Below are positions 13,289-29,860 of a stretch of 64,000 nucleotides of DNA, in pieces (the first letter of the stretch is position 1; every line of letters begins with the position of its first letter). Origin of the DNA: Octopus vulgaris (lineage: Eukaryota); the NCBI GenBank assembly GCA_951406725.2, contig OX597827.1, forward strand, positions 59,954,001-60,018,000, read 5' to 3'. Position numbers and translations under genes: made by a program. Below the pieces are notes generated by a model that ran no database searches, was not told the origin of the DNA, and saw only the letters and a program-made list of their open reading frames with translations.

Positions 13289-13711
13289 CTTAGCTCCTTA
13301 GTTATTTAGTGACAATTATAATTTTCCTTTTTGGTGAAGCGTTACAGCCTGCCGTTTCTATTAATTTTAAACCTATGTTGTCAGAGTTTCTCAACCGGGG
13401 TTGCCAGGAACCCTAGGGTTCCGCAAAAGCTTCCTAGCAGAACATGCACAACATATTATTGGTTTTTGTAATATTATGATATAGATATCATCCTATCTAA
13501 CCTATAATATTATCAAAAAATATAACAACCATTGGTGATGTATTTAGTGATGTCTGTAACTTATGGACGCCTATATGTATATATGTGTGTGTATAAAACT
13601 TACTTGGAAACTTACTTCGATCATATAATAATATAAATAATATATAAATATATGCATATATACATACATACATATATGTACATACCTACATCTATATGTA
13701 TATATACATGC

Positions 13712-14325
13712 ATATATGGGTACAGGACATGAAAAAGAAGTTGAACACAATGAGAAACGAAAATATAAAAACAAAAACATAGAAACGAACTTTTTTTCGG
13801 ACAACGAAAAAACAGTGAAACGAGACATACAACATAAAGAATATCCCCCTTCTTCAGTTGTCCCTGTTTCAACTACACGTTTCGAAGGTAAGGACAAGAC
13901 ACGACTTCGTTGAAACAGTCCTTCCTGCAAAGCAAGTTAAATAAAATTTGGGGTTTTTTGCGGAGGGTGAAAGTGGTAACAAGAGCAGGAGAGTGAGAAC
14001 AAAACAGTAAAAACAATAAAAAAAGTAAAAACAGTAAAAGACAGAACAATGAGAACAAAACAGTACAAACAAACGATGAGGGCTGTTAAGCCAAGACGAT
14101 GGAAAAATTATTCTGAACGCTTAGGAAGACGAGCTTATGAAGAGACAGGATAAGCCCGTTTAGTCTTTGTGAAGGTAGTAGTCAGAAAGATAGATTCCCT
14201 CTTGTCACGTGTCAGCAACGAGAGAGTCGAGGAGGAGGAGGAGGAGTAAGAGAGAGTGAACGGTGAAGGAGAGAGGAGAAGAATAGAGAAGGGTGGGAGA
14301 GAAAACCAGAAAGGATTAAGAACCT
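13712..14325 (-). mobile_element. ORF-less retrozyme/Penelope-like element A with permuted hammerhead
   Basis: Flanked by (TA)n. CT-rich 5' region, GTCACGTG at 14204-14211, ribozyme at 13851-13924, U-rich 3' region ending tgtcctgtaccc (similar ends at 32420 and 43750). Boundaries approximate. Confidence 0.55.
13851..13924 (-). ncRNA. Non-circularly permuted (pseudoknotted) hammerhead, family A
   Basis: GAAGG-a-CUGUUUCAAC-gaagu-CGUGU-C-UUGUCC-uua-CCUUC-GAA-ACGUG-ua-GUUGAAACAG-GGACAA-CUGAAGA. Stem II 5 bp, extra helix 10 bp, stem III 5 bp (2 GU), stem I 6 bp, GUC site. Confidence 0.8.
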
Positions 14326-14420
14326 ATATATATATAGGACCATTGTCCGAAGTCAGGACGCCATGATAGATCGTTAGCTACTACACGTATTTTTTTCTCT
14401 CCTTGTTTTTTTCTGTGTAT

Positions 14421-14456
14421 CTTTCTGTCGAAGAGCGTAGGCTCGAAACGTAAAAT
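14421..14456 (+). ncRNA. Variant-core hammerhead relic (CUGUCGA)
   Basis: cUUU-CUGUCGA-A-GAGC(guag)GCUC-GAAAC-GUA-AAAu; stem I reduced to 3 AU pairs. Confidence 0.45.
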
Positions 14457-14545
14457 ACTTTTTCTATTCCTGAGTGCTATACTAATACATTTGTTTGTTT
14501 GTACTCCACCTGCCTTCGTCTTTTGTTTATTTTCGTAAACTTTCC

Positions 14546-14591
<46 letters not shown>

Positions 14592-15038
14592 GTAAGCTTG
14601 GCGATAACTATCAATACCCAGTACTGCTATCGTAGTCTCCTTTAGAGAGATTTAGAAATAATAATATTTCTATTTTTGAAAACCAGTGGATATGTTCCAC
14701 TGAATATATACAAACCTTCGAACAGACAGTCAACAGCGACGCCTGCTGGGTTCGACTACTCCACATTAACAAAGGGCAAATACCCTGAAACTAACCTGTG
14801 AGTGTCTGAACCAGCATGGAGAAGCTGATGACCTCCCTGTTCGAAGGTTGATATGGACACAGGTTTGTGTGTCACGTAGCTAGCTAGAGGCGATGGATTC
14901 TTGGAGCTAAGCAACGGCAGCATTCGTCCTGTTTTTCTTGACTGCCATGTTAGCTTGGCGTTAACTATTAATAACCAGTACTGTTGCTGTTGTCTTCCTT
15001 CGGGAGATTTAGAAATAACGATATTTCTATATATATAC

Positions 15039-15071
<33 letters not shown>

Positions 15072-15119
15072 CGTGTGTGTGTCTATGTATGTATGTATGT
15101 ATGTATGTATGTATGTATG

Positions 15120-15150
<31 letters not shown>

Positions 15151-16044
15151 TCCAATAAAACAGAACATTTTTTAAAAAAGGTTAAAAAGCATAATTCATA
15201 GTCTACCACCACCATCATGGCCATCTTCACCACCGTCACCACTACCACTGCCGCAACAGCAACCACCACCACTAATACCTTCACTACCACTGCGATAATC
15301 ACCATCACAACCATTGCTACCCCCAATTCAACCATCACCGCCGCCACTACCATCATAGCAACCTCCTCCAATACCATTAGCCTCACCGCGACCACTAACA
15401 GAACCATCGCCATCACCACTAACGCTACCACCACCACCATCATTACCACCATTATTACAATACCATCACAATCACCAGCACTACGATCACCACTACCATC
15501 ACCATTGTCATCCCCTCCACCACCACCACCACCACCACAACTGCAAATATCATCACCACTACAACTATCACTACCACCAACAACAACAACACCAATACCA
15601 TCACCACTACCTCTACTACAACCGCCACCACTAGCAACGCCACCGCCAACACCGCTACCCCTAACACCGCCGCCACCAACACCAACACCTTCAATACTCC
15701 TTCCTTTCGCCAGGTTTTCTTTCTGTAAACTTTTCTTTAGGGGGTAGATGTTCCTATACGTACCCGGTTGTCCAACAATCCGGGTGGCATTGGTGAGCTA
15801 AGGGGTGTAAAGTATGCGCTGTAATGAGCAGTCTGACACTGCAAAACATTGTCCAATAAACAGAGATAAACGTGAACTAACGTACATATGGGTGTAGGGG
15901 GTGGTCGGTGTGTGTGTGTGTCGGTATATATACCTATATACGCACTGGCATTTATATTTGCATGTATGCGCTTGTATACGTACATACACACATATATATA
16001 ATTACGTACACACGCACACATGTATATAAACATTTCTATGCATG

Positions 16045-16095
<51 letters not shown>

Positions 16096-16184
16096 AGGAT
16101 AATAAGAAATATTAGAAATTTCTACTACCAGTGGCCTAGCGTGTAAAAATTTAGTCAATAGACTATATATTATTCATATAAATA

Positions 16185-16330
16185 CAGTGTACATTTAAAC
16201 ACATGAGTGGCATCCATCATCGGATTCCTTGCACGCTAGAAAGAACAGTTAAAGTTTGAAATTTAGCTGTTATTTCTACCGTGCAAGGAGTCCTATGATG
16301 GATGCCTCTTATGTGTTTAAATGTACACTG
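16185..16330. mobile_element. Palindromic Tc1-type MITE (146 bp)
   Basis: TA|CAGTG...CACTG|TA; the two arms of about 70 bp are reverse complements with a few mismatches. Confidence 0.8.
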
Positions 16331-16373
16331 TATGTATGTATGTATGTATGTATGTATGTATGTATGTATGTAT

Positions 16374-16427
<54 letters not shown>

Positions 16428-16680
16428 GATAGATAGATGTTCAAACCTATATGTTTGTATGAGTGTGTGTGTAGGCATATATGAGTGTGTGCGCGTGTGT
16501 GTGTATGGAGGAGTACTCTCACATAAATGTGCGCAACGAAAGTACAACTCCATAAAAGACGTAAAGTTTATATAATATACATATATATATGTTTGTGTAT
16601 GTGTGTGGAGAGAGAGAGAGAGGGAGAGAGGGGAGAGATAGAGAGAGGGGGAGAGAGACATACATATATACATATGTATG

Positions 16681-16731
<51 letters not shown>

Positions 16732-16941
16732 TATATATAAACTGACGAGGGAGAGAGAGGGGGGAGAGAAAGTGAGACAAAGAAAGAAAGAAGGAAAGAA
16801 GGAAAAAGTGTATCTAAATGAGTCACTGACTCTTTGTTATGTTATTTTCGGTAATGTGAGCGTGTATATGTGAATGCATTATATATATGTATATATGTAT
16901 GTATGTATGTATGTGTGTATGTATGTATGTATGTATGCATA

Positions 16942-16993
<52 letters not shown>

Positions 16994-17007
16994 CATGCAT
17001 ATATATC

Positions 17008-17045
<38 letters not shown>

Positions 17046-17520
17046 CACATGTATATATATATGTGTGTGTATATATATATATATATATACATGCATGCAT
17101 ACATACACACATATATACATACATACACATACAAGAAGTGTGAGCTGTGTTTATATACCGAACAAAAAAATAGGAGAATGAGAAGAAAAAAAAAACATTT
17201 GAAATTTAGGTTCATACAAATTATTGGTATGCACTGAAGTTACCCTCTTGAACATCTGTAGGGACACACAGACACATAGACACACGTCTACACATCCACG
17301 CACCCATACACGGTCATTCACACACACACATACATACACACACATGTAAATAAATATGTGCACACTCATTCACTGAAGCACATATACTTTAAAACGCACT
17401 CTGGTGCTCTCATGCAAATACACACACACACACAAACACACACACATACACACACATGTACAAATATATATATATGTATATATATATATCTCTCTATCTA
17501 TCTATCTATCTATCTATATA

Positions 17521-17604
<84 letters not shown>

Positions 17605-18849
17605 CATGTATATATTTATGTATATATGTATGGTTGTATATGTATGTATATATATACGGTATATATATACACACTCTTTCATACACACACACACACACTC
17701 TCTCTCTCACTCACTCACTCACACACACACACACACACACATACACGCACACACACACAAATACACACACATATATATAGGCGCACGACCATTCACTGAA
17801 CTACGTATATCTTAGAACACATGTGCACTTACATATATACAAACAGAATTTAGCATATATATATATATACATATATACACACACTATTGAACATACTTAA
17901 ACTGAATGTGTACAGATACGTACACACACTAGAATATATACCTACACACACACACACACTTAAACAAATACATGTACATACGCATAAAGACACAAGAAGT
18001 TGCATATAGAAGCACAGATGTGCATTCGTACTATATATCACTTATGCTTTTATCACACACACTTACACACACATGCACACAGACATACACACACATATAC
18101 ACACATACACTCGCACATTCACACTGTGCGCACGCGCACGCACACATATAATCGCACATACACGCATGCGCACGCGCACACATATACACGGGCTAGCACA
18201 CACATGTATTAACACACACAGATTTACACACACACACACACACACACACATACAGGCTGACACACACATTAACACACAGGGGTTAACGCACACACATACG
18301 AGCTAATACACATACTCAAACACACACTAACACACACTGACATACGTGCATTAGCACACATCAACATACACACAAACACACACACACACACACACATACA
18401 TACACACACACACATAAACATGCACACTGCCATCACCGCGGCCCCATCACCACCATCACCACTACTGATGAATTCCTGATGAAATTAGCGCATACAACGA
18501 GTGGATAAAGCTGCGCCGATATGGTCGCTAGAAATGACACCCAACCATCGCCCTCGAACCATACAATGAAGAGCAAAGAAATTAGACTGTGGTTAAAGCA
18601 AGGACACCGGAGGACTACAGATAAGTCAGACAACAATTATATTAACATCATAAACACACACGAGGGGGTGCTGAAAAGTTCTTAGTTTTAAGGCGATTGC
18701 GAAAGGCTTGGCTGGAGGCCCGTATACATATACATATATACGTAGGAATGGATTTATAACAATACGAAGAATGGAGAAAATCACAGCTTAAATTTATGAT
18801 TACACTATATATTATCGATAATTGTTCCTTTTGTGCCATCATATTTAGA

Positions 18850-19269
18850 TATAGAAAAAGGGTATTAAATCCACTTCTATTTTATTGCAAGACAACGCTA
18901 GTCCACACGTCGCAAAAATGACATTGGTGAAACTACAAGAGCTGGAGTCGTAGTTGGAAGTTCTCCACCATCCACCATACTCACCTGATCATACCCCCAC
19001 TGACTACCACTTCTTACAGAATTTGGGTAAGTTTTTGGTAGGAAAAATATTTAATTCCGACGATGCTGTAAAACAGGCCTTCCAAGATTTTATTGACTCT
19101 AAATTGCCAGGCTTTTACAGTTCCGGGTTGGACAAGCTACCGCTGAAATGGCAAAAGTGTATTGACAACATGGGGGTATGCTTTGATGAATAAAACTATT
19201 CCTTGTATTTATAAAACACTAGGAAACATTTTTTTCTTTTCTACAAATTTCATACTTGACGACCTAATA
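18850..19269 (+). pseudogene. Mariner transposon 3' fragment (D,D34D transposase C-terminus plus TIR)
   Basis: LLQDNASPHV...EVLHHPPYSPDHTPTDYHF...LPLKWQKCID; in-frame stop; terminal gacgacctaata. Confidence 0.9.
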
Positions 19270-20865
19270 TCATCATATTATCGGATGTGGACTAAAAAAA
19301 TTAACGATCAGTCATATTGAGTCGTTAAGCAGACGACACTGTAGTCTCACTGGATATCAAAACAAATGAAGATTTGTATATTCTCCACCACCAGCAGATA
19401 TACTTAGGCAAATGACTATAAAAATAAAGATGTCGTATAAGATTAAGTAAATAACAATAACATGTTGAATTCCTATAGTCCCTACAACCAGTAGCACACC
19501 CAACGAAGTTTTATCATACCTCAAACAAAGAAACTATCAAAATCACTGAATGCATTCGTGATCTGGGCGTAAAGGCTGTAGAGGTGTCTTTCTCCAAACA
19601 CACTCACAGACAGTCAAGTACTCATCCACAGTTCAATGGTTTTACTACGAGAAATTCTAAGTTGACGCTTAACACTCTGGCGGTCGTTTATCACTTGGCT
19701 ACCGATCTAACGATCTATAATGGGAATCTCTACAACGTCTAAAAATAACAGCTGAATTTAATGTTATAGTTTATAGCGTTCTGTTGGTAACAGAATGGAA
19801 TTTGGCTACAAGAAATGTTCATACTTAGTAACTGAACGTTAATGAACTGATTTCATACCAAAAAAAAAAGACCCTTTACCTCAATGGTTGCTTTATAGCT
19901 CTTCTGCTCCACACACTGAGGGCTATTGATATTAAAGTATTGATGATGGTAGTTTCTTCGTGTCCGAAGACCATGCAGAAAAACTTCTAAAGTGGTTATA
20001 TAAAACGATTCTTGACGCTGCAGAGCTTTTCTTTTTGCCTAAGCTTTGTAGTTTTAAAGTGAGACTCAGTCTGTGCAATCCAATCTCGCTCTTTAGACTT
20101 GGAGGTCAGACCACAATATCTCAGTGGGCTAAAATGGCAATGACGAAGAGCAAGCTGTAGGCCTTAGATTGGAGTTACCTTTTCCTAGGTAAATCGTCTA
20201 ACAGGGCAGGAGAGCTCTACATACCCTGGAGTGGCCGGAAGGGTATGTAGCGATTACACGCGCTGATTTGCTGTCGAGGTTGACTCCTCTAGCCGTTTCC
20301 TTTTTCCAATGGACTCACAGAGCAGTGAAGGTTTGTGCTAGGTGTTTCTTCCATAAGATGGTAATTAACCCATAACTGGGTCCCTGACAGGTGCTACCAC
20401 TCTGGATCAGAATAGACTACGTAACAATAATAGTTAAGAAATGGTTTCCCACTCCTCAAAATCCTGAAACTCTTGACAAAAAGCCCCACCACCGGATGTA
20501 GTTTAAAGTCATACCCAGTACATCCGGGTATTCATGACAATGTCTTACACAAAAATGTTGCCAACGATGATGACGGACTGACCATCGAGTATATAAACCT
20601 GATTGTTGGAGTTTTCTTCTTGCTGGGCGTAGTGATTTAGAAGTACCTCGAGTTTTAAAAGTTGCCAGAGTTTTCGTTTACAAAGTTTGTAAAGTGCTAG
20701 AGACTAAAGAAGGAAACGTCTCCAACAGTATCAAAGCATGAAAAGCATTCTAAACGGTCTGAGATTATCAGAACACCTGAATCTATCCAGCAAGCGTTAG
20801 TTGCGTACACAGCGGTAATTTGTTATATACATACAAACACATATACATACATACATATATATAAT

Positions 20866-20921
<56 letters not shown>

Positions 20922-20989
20922 ATAGATAATAGAGAGATAGATAGATAGATAGACAGAATAAAAAGATAGGTAAAAGCTAGGAATCATGC

Positions 20990-21044
<55 letters not shown>

Positions 21045-21635
21045 GACAGAGACAGAGAGAGACAGACAGACACAGACAGACACAGACAGACATATATTCT
21101 TCTGCATGCGAATACATGCATAAATAGATGCATGCATAATACATACATACGTAACAAACATACATAACATACATATATACATACATATATACATACATTC
21201 ATACACAAAATGCAGACATATATAAAATACATAGATGAGTATATATATACATACACACTTAACATACAAACATACAAACATACATACATACATACATACG
21301 TACATACATACATACATACATACATAAATACATAAATACATACATACATACATACATACATACATGCATACATACATGCATACATACATGCATACGTAAC
21401 CAGTCAGGGAAAGAGAGGGAGGCACACGGTACACAAAAACAGACGGATCGACAAATTGATTTTTAGATACTTGAACGTATATATTGGCCACTTCGGTGCA
21501 GAATATATGCATGTATGCATCTGTATATATATATATCTATATATGTACACACACAGATATATACCCACGCACACACTCACACATACAGCACTAATCTACC
21601 CACCTACCAACTTACCCATACACACACATACATAC

Positions 21636-21683
<48 letters not shown>

Positions 21684-21700
21684 GTATGTGTGTTTGTATA

Positions 21701-21784
<84 letters not shown>

Positions 21785-21823
21785 TTTATATGACAGTGAG
21801 TGTGTTTGTGTATTTGTATGTAG

Positions 21824-21862
<39 letters not shown>

Positions 21863-21894
21863 TATGCATACATATATGTCTCTATATATGTATG

Positions 21895-21951
<57 letters not shown>

Positions 21952-23099
21952 ATGTATATATAATGTATATTATAACCCCGTGACAGATACATTAGTCACC
22001 CACCTCCTGTGCGGTGGCGTTCAATATTATGCCAATTGACAGTTAGTCATTTGAACGAGGTTCAAGTTGCAAGTGTCAAAGGTCAAGAAGATTTGGCCCG
22101 GCTAAGCATTTCTCATTAGCAAGTACTCTCATCTGTAACGACACTTGAGGGCAAGACATTAATGAAGGATGGAACAGGTGCGTGGGTAAGGGCTTGTATG
22201 CGGAGTGCGTGCTTGTGTAATTTTGTGGATATCTGTGTATGCGCCTGAGTCTATCTGTATGAACAGAGAGGGTTATTTGGACGAGGAATTTTGAAAAGTG
22301 TTTGTAGTATTGATAAGATCGTAGATAAAGATGTTTAGCTGTTCGTAGTCCTGCTCCCTGGTATTCTAAGTTCAAATCCTACCGGGATCTATTTTGTTGG
22401 AGATTTTCATTGCTTTTTTTTTTTTTTTTTTGGTTTTCTTTCTTACGGGTTTGATAAAAGAAAAACCAGTTGTATACTGGGAACAGTTTAACTGACTGTA
22501 CTCGCTACCTCCATTAGATTTGTTCTACTTTACCTGTGTCAAAATGCATTATAGAGAATGGACGTACGAAGGTGTGTGGTTGCGTTAAGATGTGATATAA
22601 AAAAATAGATACGTTGATGGATAGTAAGGTTAGTTGGTTAGTTAGATAGATAAACAGACCGACAGACGTGTGCGTGTGTGCGTGTATGTGTGTGTCTGTG
22701 GCTGTGTGTATGTGTGTGTGACTCCCCCACCACTTGACAACGGTTATTGGTTTCTTTACCTCCGCCGTAAGATAGCTGTTCGGTAAAATATCTCGTTGGA
22801 ATAAGTTCCAGTCTTAAAAGATATAAGAAGATAAAAGAGATATCTATCTACACATGTATACACACGCATATGCATACATACATACACATACATACATACA
22901 TACATACGTACGTACATACATACATACATACATACATACATACATACATACATACATACATACATACATACATGCATGCGTACATACATCTATAATACAT
23001 TAAAAGCCAGCTTGAATCTTGCTTGCTTGCTTGCAATGTTACCCAGCCAAACTGGCGCTAAATGGGAAAATACTATAAATTAAGTTTCTCTTGAAATGT

Positions 23100-23622
23100 A
23101 AATACGAATGGATTAAAACATGCAGGTGTCGATGAGTGGTTGAATGACCAAATTCAAGCTTCTCTGCTAGTTCCTCAGCAATTACGATGGGATTTTCTTC
23201 CACCAGAGTCTGCAGAACGTCCTCGTCGAGCTCTAACAGACCTTCCAGGATAAGGGTCATCTTCTGGGCTGTAGTTTCAGGCTCAGAATTTCTGGAACCA
23301 CCATTGACACTGGCTTACACTTATTGTCCGATCCTCGTATACTGCATTAATATTCCTCACACTTTCCACTGCGTTGTTGCCTTTATTAAACTCATAAAGC
23401 AAAATGTGCCGAATATGCTCCTTTGTTACTTCCATTATAGCTTTGAAAAAAAAAATAACTGTTAACATCGAACTGCACTCTTCGAGAATTGCACTAAGAA
23501 TAAGTACAAGGTAAATTTACTATCTGCTTTTATAGCAAGTTGATGCAGGTAGTTTATCCCGCCCCCTTATGAATTTTAGTTCGTGCAATTAAAAAACCGC
23601 ATTATTTATGGGATGACCAATA
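23100..23622 (-). pseudogene. Mariner transposon 5' fragment (HTH region plus TIR)
   Basis: MEVTKEHIRHILLYEFNKGNNAVES...QWWFQKF* followed by ELDEDVLQTLVEENP...EELAEKL..GHSTTHRHL; stop and frameshift; TIR-like tattggtcatcccataaataatgcgg. Confidence 0.9.
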
Positions 23623-23836
23623 CACACACAAACACACACACACACACACACACATGCAATCATTACATTAATTTTAAATGCAGACCAATCTTCAGCTGCA
23701 TTAATTCCATGTCTTTGTGCAGCTGAACATTGATCTACATTTTAAAATTGATCTAATGATTTCATTGTTCAATTAAATAGAGTTGTATGAAACGATCGTA
23801 CTGCATTACCTCTGGATATCCTTGTTGCTTATTTTG

Positions 23837-25256
<1,420 letters not shown>

Positions 25257-25260
25257 TTAA

Positions 25261-25345
<85 letters not shown>

Positions 25346-25379
25346 CAGGGGAAATGGAATACGCGGGAATGTTTATTGC

Positions 25380-25483
25380 TCACAACGATCGTTTCGACAC
25401 AACCTGCATAGATCCCTTTGCGGATAGTAAACTATAAAACTAGATGTGGCGCATCCCACGGGCAGAAGCATCTCATCAGGTGA
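25380..25483 (-). ncRNA. Type I hammerhead with a long stem II insertion
   Basis: UCAC-CUGAUGA-GAUGC...(about 67 nt)...GUGUC-GAAAC-GAUC-GUU-GUGA; palindromic ACGAUCGU. Confidence 0.7.
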
Positions 25484-25651
25484 TGTAATTAGAGGTAACT
25501 CATTAAATGAACCCTGTTTCGCCCGGAATCAATGCAGCGTGTTGTTAATTTAAGTCGTTGTTCAGCCGTTATGTAATTATCGTGGATGACGTCAATTAAC
25601 CACAAGTAGTAAACGTACTTTAGCGGCGTACTACTGGGAACATACCCAACA

Positions 25652-25727
<76 letters not shown>

Positions 25728-26119
25728 CAAAGAGAGAGGGGGAAAGAGGGAGAAAAAAAGAGAATAGTAAAGAAAAGACAGATTAAGTGAACAAGAAGAG
25801 AGCAACTTTGTGAATGTCTCTTTGTTGTTTGTGGTTGTATGTGTATATGTATGTGCTTATATATATGTACTTGTTGCTGCATGTATATCATTTTAGTGAG
25901 TATGTGTTCGTGAGTATGATCAAGTGAATGTATGTGAGTGTGTACAATGGTCTTGATATGTGTATGAGAGTATGAATGAAAATAGCGAAGAGGAGTGTGG
26001 GGAGAAAGCGAGCGATAGAGGATCACGTGAGTGAGAACAAGAAACGAAAATTATTTGACGTTTATGAATGTCTTTGTATGTTCATATATATATGTATATA
26101 TGTATATACGCTAAAGAGA

Positions 26120-26130
26120 GAGATGGATAT

Positions 26131-26214
<84 letters not shown>

Positions 26215-26421
26215 GTAAGTATGCATGTATGAATGTATTATGTATATATGTATGTATATATGTATGTATGTATGTATGTATATATGTATGTATGTATGTA
26301 TGTAGGTAGGTAATTAGGTAGGTAGGTAGGTAGGTAGGTAGGTCGGTAGGTAGGTAGGAGGGCATTTAGGTAGATAGATACATAGATAAGTAGATGGGTA
26401 GGTCGGTATATATATATATAT

Positions 26422-26452
<31 letters not shown>

Positions 26453-27530
26453 TATATATATAGATAGATAGAAAGATAGATAGACAGACAGACAGATAGA
26501 TAGATAATACATACATACATATATACATACATAGATACATACATATATACATACATAGATACATAGATACATACATACATACATACATACATACATACAT
26601 ACATACATACATACATACATACATACATACATACATACATAAATGCTTATCTACATCATACACACATGTAAACATCTGTTCGCGTATGACAATGCATATA
26701 TCTATGTATGTGCGTATGTAAGTTTGCATGTATGTGTCTCTTCACAAACACACATTCATGTCTGTATACGTGTATGTACCTATATATACACACACACACA
26801 TAAGTATGAACACATACTTGTACATATTTTCATGCCTTCATCCAGCCATTTATACATAGATACGTACATACATACATGCATACGTACGTACATACATACA
26901 TACAAACATACATACATACATACATACATACATACATACATACGTACGTACGTACGTACGTACATACATACATACATAAATACATACATACACACATACA
27001 TAAATACATACATACATGCATAAATATATACATACATACATACATAAATACATACATACATACATACATTAATTCATACATACATACATACATACATACA
27101 GACAGACAGACAGACAGACAGACAGAGGACAGACAGATATACATACATACATACATACATAAATACATACATACATACATACATACATACATAAATACAT
27201 ACATACATACATACATAAATACATACATACATGCATAAATATATACCTACATACATAGACAAATACATACATACATAAATACATACATACATACATACAT
27301 ACATACATACATGCATAAATATATACATACATACATAGACAAATACATACATACATACATTCATTCATACATACATACATACATACATACATACATAGAC
27401 AAATACATACATACATAAATACATACATACATACATGCATAAATATATACATACATACATAGACAAATACATACATACATACATACATACATTCATACAT
27501 ACATACATACATACATACATACATACACAC
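26120..27530. repeat. Compound (GATA)/(TATG)/(GGTA)/(TACA) microsatellite block
   Basis: Direct inspection; representative of the dozens of SSR blocks in the window. Confidence 0.95.
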
Positions 27531-27905
27531 ATTCTCTTGCGTGTTCCTGTTACATCTTAATATATTCTAAGTTTCAAAAGCTAAGCCGCTATTGATTACA
27601 AATATGCCGGGCAAATATCAAATGTCATAACAGCATGTTGCGGTGGTCTATGCACACGGAATTTGTCGTAGACAACACGGTAACGACATTGTTGAGGGTT
27701 TAGTGTTACCATAAGTTTCGGAGGGGTGGAAGAGTGGGTGAAGGGGGGTTCATTGAATACAAATATACCGGGCGGATATCCAGTGACATAACAGCGGGTT
27801 ACAGCGTTCTGTTTCACACGCAAACCTTCGAAGTTTCCTTGCTACATCATGGTGGCCGTAAATATCCGAAAGATTGTCTTCTGCGTATATGTATGTAGGT
27901 GTATA

Positions 27906-27949
<44 letters not shown>

Positions 27950-28168
27950 AATGTATGTGTGTGTATATGTGTGTGTATACGTGTGTGTATGCGTGTATGT
28001 GTGAGGGCGCGTGTACATTTATCGTTGATTAGCTCTACACCGACCATGAACCAAGCAGAACTATGTTAAACGGCATTCCATTTGTGACCATCCAACCTGC
28101 TTTGTTTTTCGACTTTTTTTAATGCTGACATAATGTATCAATGACTTCATTATTTCATTATTCAAGAT

Positions 28169-28612
28169 GGCGGCGTGCTGGCAGAATAGTTAATATGCCG
28201 GACAAATGCTTAGCGACATTTCGTCCGTCTTTACATTCTTAGTTCAAATTACGCCGAGGTCGATTTTGGCTTTCATCATTTCGGGGTCGATAAATTAAAT
28301 ACCAGCGAAACCCTGGGGTCGATGTAATCAACTAGTCCCCTCCACCAAAATACCAGGCCCTTTGCCGTTTGTAGAAAGGATTATAATCATAAGGTGGTGA
28401 ACTGACAGAATCGTTAACTCGCCGTGCAAAATGCCTAGCGGCATTTCGTCGAGGTTTTTTAAATTCTGCCGAGGTCGAATTTTCCTGGCACCCTTTCGGT
28501 GTCAATAAAATACGCACCAGTTAAGCACTGCGGTTGATGTAATCGACTTACAGCCCCTACTCCATCTCCCCCCACACAAAATTGCTGGCGTTGTGCCAAA
28601 ATTTGAAATCAC
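28169..28612 (+). mobile_element. Two adjacent SINE family S2 copies
   Basis: ggcggcg(a/t)gctggcagaa head, agttcaaat B-box-like motif, gtcgattttggctttcatc...ggggtcgataaa body; copies at 28169-28384 and 28393-28612. Confidence 0.8.
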
Positions 28613-29030
28613 TATTTCGTTTGTCAATGATTAACCAGGTCAGTCTTGAAAGAACCTAAACTAAGAATTATGATCAACAAATACCTCATCCTGACCATCT
28701 CATCTTTGATTACATATTATAGAGCTAAGAATCCAGATTCACCCATACATTAATCCGGATGGGTTATCATATGTCTTGTCATATTAATAATTAGGTATAT
28801 AAAGCTGAAGGCATATTACAGACACTGGATTTAAAGGGCTGTTGTCGATAACCCATAGATGTCTTACTTCTCCTTTACATTTTTTTAACCACAATGATAT
28901 CAAGTACACAGCTGAATTCAAAAAAAAAAAGAGAACATTTTGAAGTTCCATATCGAGTCGACTGGCTTTAAGGCGCGTGGCATAGTGGTTAGGGTATTCG
29001 GATCGCGGATAAGTTCGAGTACTTGAGCAA

Positions 29031-29158
29031 GGCATAGGAGTGGCTGTATGGTAAGTAGTTTGCTTACCAACAACAGGGTTCCGGATTCAGTCCCACTGCG
29101 TGGCACCTTGGGCAAGTGTTTTCTACTATAGCCTCGGGTCGAATAAAGAATTGTGAGT
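29031..29158 (+). mobile_element. SINE S1, 5' fragment
   Basis: ggcataggagtggctgtatggtaag...tatagcctcggg. Confidence 0.8.
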
Positions 29159-29392
29159 TAAACGCTGACGCTGAGGTCAACATTATTACTTAATTTCTCT
29201 TGCAGGCCTTATACCAAAATTCGAAACCCATGTTTTTAAGTTCCGTCGATATTATTCTTGCGTACCATATTCATCTTTGTTCTTATTTATTTTTATCTTT
29301 CCCTCTATTCCAGATTAATCTAGCTGCTAAATCATGCCTCATTGGAATATAGTATCTAAAAATCATGGGCACATAAAGCTTACACGCATATA

Positions 29393-29860
29393 CCGTAAAT
29401 CCTCGAGTATAATCCGCATTTTTCACCCAAAATTTAAAGGTCAATATCCCTAGTGCCTATTATATACGAGGTTAAAAATGAAAATTACTTTCTAAGCAAT
29501 GTCCGGCAATGTTTATTCAGACGCATTTTGAAAGCAATGAAGTCATAAAAGAATCATTTATAACTTGCAGTAAGCAACAGTTATTAAAATAAAAGTATTC
29601 AGAACACAGAATAACATGTAACAAAAACAATTTGCAAACATATTTACATTCCCATATAACAGTTAAAAACATCACCATTATTGTATTACGCATGCGCAGA
29701 AGTGTTTGTTCGACTAGGTGCTGCTGGCTTCATTATGCACGACTCAAATTAGAGAAGGGGTGCGTATTATACACAAAGTTTAGGTTTTACAGAGGTACAG
29801 CCCCCCTAAAAATCCCCTGCATATTATACTCAAGAGCGTACTATACTCGAGGATTTACGG
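29393..29860. mobile_element. pogo/Tc2-type MITE
   Basis: TA|CCGTAAATCCTCGAGTATA...TATACTCGAGGATTTACGG|TA: perfect 19-bp TIR and TA target duplication. Confidence 0.85.

Noticed and set aside
18466-18490. Two CTGATGA heptamers
   Set aside because: No supporting helices or matching NUH and stem I.
21990-22040. Possible HDV-like ribozyme (cacc-tcctgtgc-ggtg plus P2/P4-like pairs)
   Set aside because: No P1 3' strand or P1.1, so the double pseudoknot cannot be built.
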